Part shown: positions 61,801 through 64,000 of the stretch, piece after piece | How positions within the stretch are numbered: position 1 is the stretch's first letter | How the letters are laid out: every line of letters begins with the position of its first letter | Assembly (NCBI GenBank): GCA_036785375.1 | Contig: JAWMAR010000034.1 | Location: 11,036,001-11,100,000 of the forward strand | DNA from: Leucoraja ocellata | Taxonomy: Eukaryota | Reading direction: 5' to 3' | Length of the DNA: 64,000 nt | Translations under genes and position numbers: made by a program | The notes under the pieces: model-generated | The model's input: the letters and a program-made list of their open reading frames with translations, nothing else | The model's database searches: none | What the model was told of the DNA's origin: nothing

Positions 61801-63714
61801 CCCATAGAAGCTTAGTGTATTTCTTCCCATATCCCAAATAATTGCTGGTAGGTTAAAGGGCCTGTCCCACTGTACGAGGTAATTCAAGAGCTCTCCCAAG
61901 TTTAAAAAAGATCAAACTTGTGGTAAGTACGTAGCGGCTATGTCGGAGCTCGTAGATGTCTCGTAGCGGCTCCTAACGCTAACGGCAGGTACTCGGGAAA
62001 CGTGGTAACTCGTGAAGTTTTTTCAGCAATGTGAAAAATGTCCACGAGAGCTTCGAGTGCCAATGAACGGCATTTACTGTAATTCTCCAAGTTCGAATCA
62101 GGGGAAACTCGGGAGAATTCTTGAATTACCTCGTACAGTGGGACAGGCCCTTAACTGATTCCTGTACATTTCCTCTTGTGCAAGTGGTTGGTAGGAGTAG
62201 GAGAATCAAGCAGGAGTTGAAGGAGCCACTTGGTGAGCATGTGAAAGAGAATGTGCCACAGGAAAGTAATGTCAAGGAGCTTCAAATCCCTTGGCATTAA
62301 TATTACCAATAATCTGTCGTGAACCAACCACATTGATCTACAGCCATGAACACACACCAATTCCTCTACTTCCTGAAGAAACAAGGGAAATTTGGATTCA
62401 AAGTTCTGCAGGTGCACCATAGAAACCGTATTGTCAGGTTGCATCACAGCTTGGTTTGGGTAACTCAACATTGTGCACAACACCAGACTCTGGAACAACT
62501 TCTTCCTCTCTGTTATCAGGCTCTGAATGGTCCTTCCATAAGCCAGGGTACTGTCCGAATCACCTGAGGACTAGGACTTTATCTGGAACTGATATGCCAT
62601 ATTGCTGACTACTATATTCTGTGAATCTTCCCCTTTTCTCTAACTATTATAATGATTTTATACTGATTAAACTATTTATGTATGGTATATTTCCTGTTTA
62701 GATAGCATGCAAAATAAAGCTTTTCACTGTACCTTGGTACTTGTGACATTAATAAACAATGGAGAAATGGCATTGATGGAATTGCTCTGAGTGGCATCAT
62801 GGGGTGAATGAAATCATACATTGTGGGAAAAGTTGAGAAATAACTCTGTGAAGTAAACATTATCACACTAACTGGCTCTGTCCATCTAATCTGTTACACC
62901 ACATGCTAGAAATTTGAAACATGTTGGAAATGCCCAGCAGGTCAGACAGAGCCAACAGAGAAAGAAATAGAACAAACGTGTCAGGTCAATTACTTTCCAT
63001 CAAAGTAACTACTGAAGGGAAGCATTAACTCTGTTGGCTCTCCACAGATGGTGCTAGCGCTGCTGCACATGTCCAACATTGGATAGAAACATAACAAATA
63101 TGTGGGGGTGTAGGCCATTCGGCCCTTCGAGCCAGCATCGCCATTCAATGTGATCATGGCTGATCATCCAAAATCAGTACCCTGTTACTGCTTTCTCCCC
63201 ATATCCCTTGATTGCGTTAGCTCTAAGAGCTATGTCTAACTCTCCCATGAATACACCCAGTAAATTGGCCTCAACTGCCTTCTGTGGCAGAGAATTCCAC
63301 AGATTCACAACTCTGGATTAAATGTGTACTTCCTCTATACTTAGTTTAGTGTGGTTCAGAGACACAGCATAGAAAAGACCCTTTGGCCAACCAAGTCCAC
63401 ACCGACCATCGATCACTCATTCACACTTGTTCTATGTTATCCCAGTTTTTTCTGCCATTGTGCCACCCTATCCTATGATTATCCAGCTTCAACTTAAATC
63501 AAAATGATCCCATGGAAGTGAAAATGGGGGAATCTTTGCTGTCATGCAGTACACGGTGGTTTTACTTATTATTTAGCATTCTGTTGCATTTGCTTTTGTT
63601 GCTAACAGCTTGTTTGTTTCAGGGTCTTTCTGAATATAAGAAGTGGTTGGCACTTTACTCCTCCAAACAACATGGCGTGGCTGTCAAACAAATGACCTGC
63701 CGTTCCTATGCAAG
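49760..63714 (+). CDS. gkup: Glucuronokinase with putative uridyl pyrophosphorylase (N-terminal nucleotidyltransferase domain and start of the kinase domain); gene continues beyond the window
   Basis: Nine phase-consistent GT-AG exons (851 nt): 49760-49816, 54076-54182, 55847-55891, 56606-56759, 56843-56914, 58754-58842, 59200-59356, 59612-59689, 63623-63714. Motifs include ILLVAGHGT-like N-terminus, PKALLP, IINDG, VIAGD, FYEKP and finally SYAR (start of the glucuronokinase AYARxGLxGNPSD-type motif). Confidence 0.88.
50950..51510 (-). mobile_element. Penelope-like element 3' fragment in gkup intron 1
   Basis: QVRQRFTFTSSNLIYCIHCS GIY-YIG remnant plus terminal repeat, homologous to 1812-2490. 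Confidence 0.85.
53496..53570 (+). mobile_element. Tc1/mariner terminal fragment
   Basis: TA-CAGTGCCCTTCATAATGTTTGGGACA, a typical Tc1 TIR start. Confidence 0.6.
53577..53778. mobile_element. Harbinger-type MITE
   Basis: Ends agggcctggtccacttgg / ccaagagggacaggcccc; CpG-rich palindromic interior. Confidence 0.75.
54076..54182 (+). CDS. gkup: gkup exon 2
   Basis: NEATGLYSHLEGIPKALLPGVGGKKILDFWWEVVN; tttttttcag / gtgagt. Confidence 0.9.
54965..55690 (-). mobile_element. Short non-coding retroposon family (related copies at 2905-3530 + and 47394-47752 -)
   Basis: Minus-strand 3' end aataaagt(atgatt)n; shared cactgtggtggatgtt segment with 3470-3530; T-rich 5' part and GC-rich middle. Confidence 0.6.
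55847..55891 (+). CDS. gkup: gkup exon 3
   Basis: RHLFNEVYLITNADK; ttgtag / gtgagt, phase 2-2. Confidence 0.85.
56606..56759 (+). CDS. gkup: gkup exon 4
   Basis: YKYYERWATANDFPAENIINDGSTTSDTQIGAVADLELVARSKRFSDDVMV. Confidence 0.9.
56843..56914 (+). CDS. gkup: gkup exon 5
   Basis: IAGDMLCEDLNFDIAEVLKFFKFK, after an 83-nt intron. Confidence 0.9.
57580..58606 (+). mobile_element. Rex1/Babar-type LINE, 5'-truncated and degenerate
   Basis: GAPQGCVLSPLLYS, KTKELIVDF, QRLYLLRRLRKFG, LPSGRRYRSLRTVTSRFRNSLFPTAIRLLN; 3' AATAAA tail. Confidence 0.85.
58754..58842 (+). CDS. gkup: gkup exon 6
   Basis: MGELAIYYEMEEGEKTESRGIVEVCPHTHR; gacag / gtaggt. Confidence 0.88.
59200..59356 (+). CDS. gkup: gkup exon 7
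   Basis: ISKFYEKPCAGATDSRLASVVFYCF...GLGKYM. Confidence 0.9.
59612..59689 (+). CDS. gkup: gkup exon 8
   Basis: EWLINEANIPVFGMKLPTGFQLIGQV; gtaaga donor. Confidence 0.88.
60257..60480 (+). mobile_element. tRNA-derived V-SINE (HE1-like); other copies at 70-390 +, 16910-17235 -, 19786-20085 -, 40950-41160 -, 41360-41670 -, 53236-53360 +, 61700-62200 +
   Basis: A/B-box-like head GGCGCAGTGGTAGAGC...GAGTTCAATCC and core GTCTGTGTGGAGTTTGCA. Confidence 0.8.
60627..60803 (+). mobile_element. CR1 LINE extreme 3' end
   Basis: Matches 45935-46110. Confidence 0.88.
61857..62151. mobile_element. Harbinger-type MITE nested in a V-SINE
   Basis: TIRs AGGGCCTGTCCCACTGTACGAGGTAATTCAAGA... at both ends; TAA target duplication at 61854-61856 and 62152-62154. 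Confidence 0.9.
63083..63315 (-). mobile_element. CR1 LINE extreme 3' end
   Basis: Matches the 3531-3760 family. Confidence 0.8.
63623..63714 (+). CDS. gkup: gkup exon 9 (interdomain linker and kinase start)
   Basis: GLSEYKKWLALYSSKQHGVAVKQMTCRSYAR; gtttcag / gtacca. Confidence 0.85.
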
Positions 63715-64000
63715 GTACCATGCATTTTGTGTTGCTCACACAACTCTGTTGCATTTAAGTTTTAATGCAGATGCAATGAAGCCTGAAATGTTGCAATTAG
63801 TTTGTTAATCTAGTGTGATATGTCCAAATGTTTACACAAGGAACTGCAGATGCTGGTTTACAAAAAGAGTGCTGGGGTGATTCAGTGGATCAGTATCTCT
63901 GGAGAACATGGATAGGCGATGTTCTGATCATGAAGCTTCTTCAGACTGATCGTAGTAGGGAGGGGAAGAAAGGTGAAGACCAACGTGCCAAAAGCCTTTT

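Overview
Eukaryotic genomic DNA, repeat-rich, with two assembly gaps (4179-4315, 6916-7164). The repeat content (CR1/HER1-type LINE tails, V-SINE/HE1-type SINEs, Penelope-like elements, Rex1/Babar, Harbinger) points to a cartilaginous fish such as a skate or ray. I reconstructed four spliced genes by hand from GT-AG boundaries and codon phase. (1) A signal-peptide first exon at 7631-7709 (-), probably SCN2B. (2) A complete 281-aa type I membrane protein (-, 14595-25872) with one MPZ/MPZL-type V-set Ig domain and a JAML-type tail containing YxxM. (3) Complete SC5D, lathosterol oxidase (-, 34567-39204, 290 aa), with a CCAAT/GC-box/SRE-rich promoter near 44.2-44.4 kb. (4) The first nine coding exons (+, 49760-63714) of a gkup-type nucleotidyltransferase-glucuronokinase fusion, divergent from SC5D. 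The most notable observations are the single-Ig JAML-like receptor, a gkup whose GxGTR motif reads GHGTL, many short Penelope-derived inserts carrying minimal hammerhead-ribozyme cores, a near-perfect palindrome with 114-bp arms, and a Harbinger family with a MADF/Myb remnant and MITEs. Gene names come from remembered protein similarity and exon structure, not from a database search.
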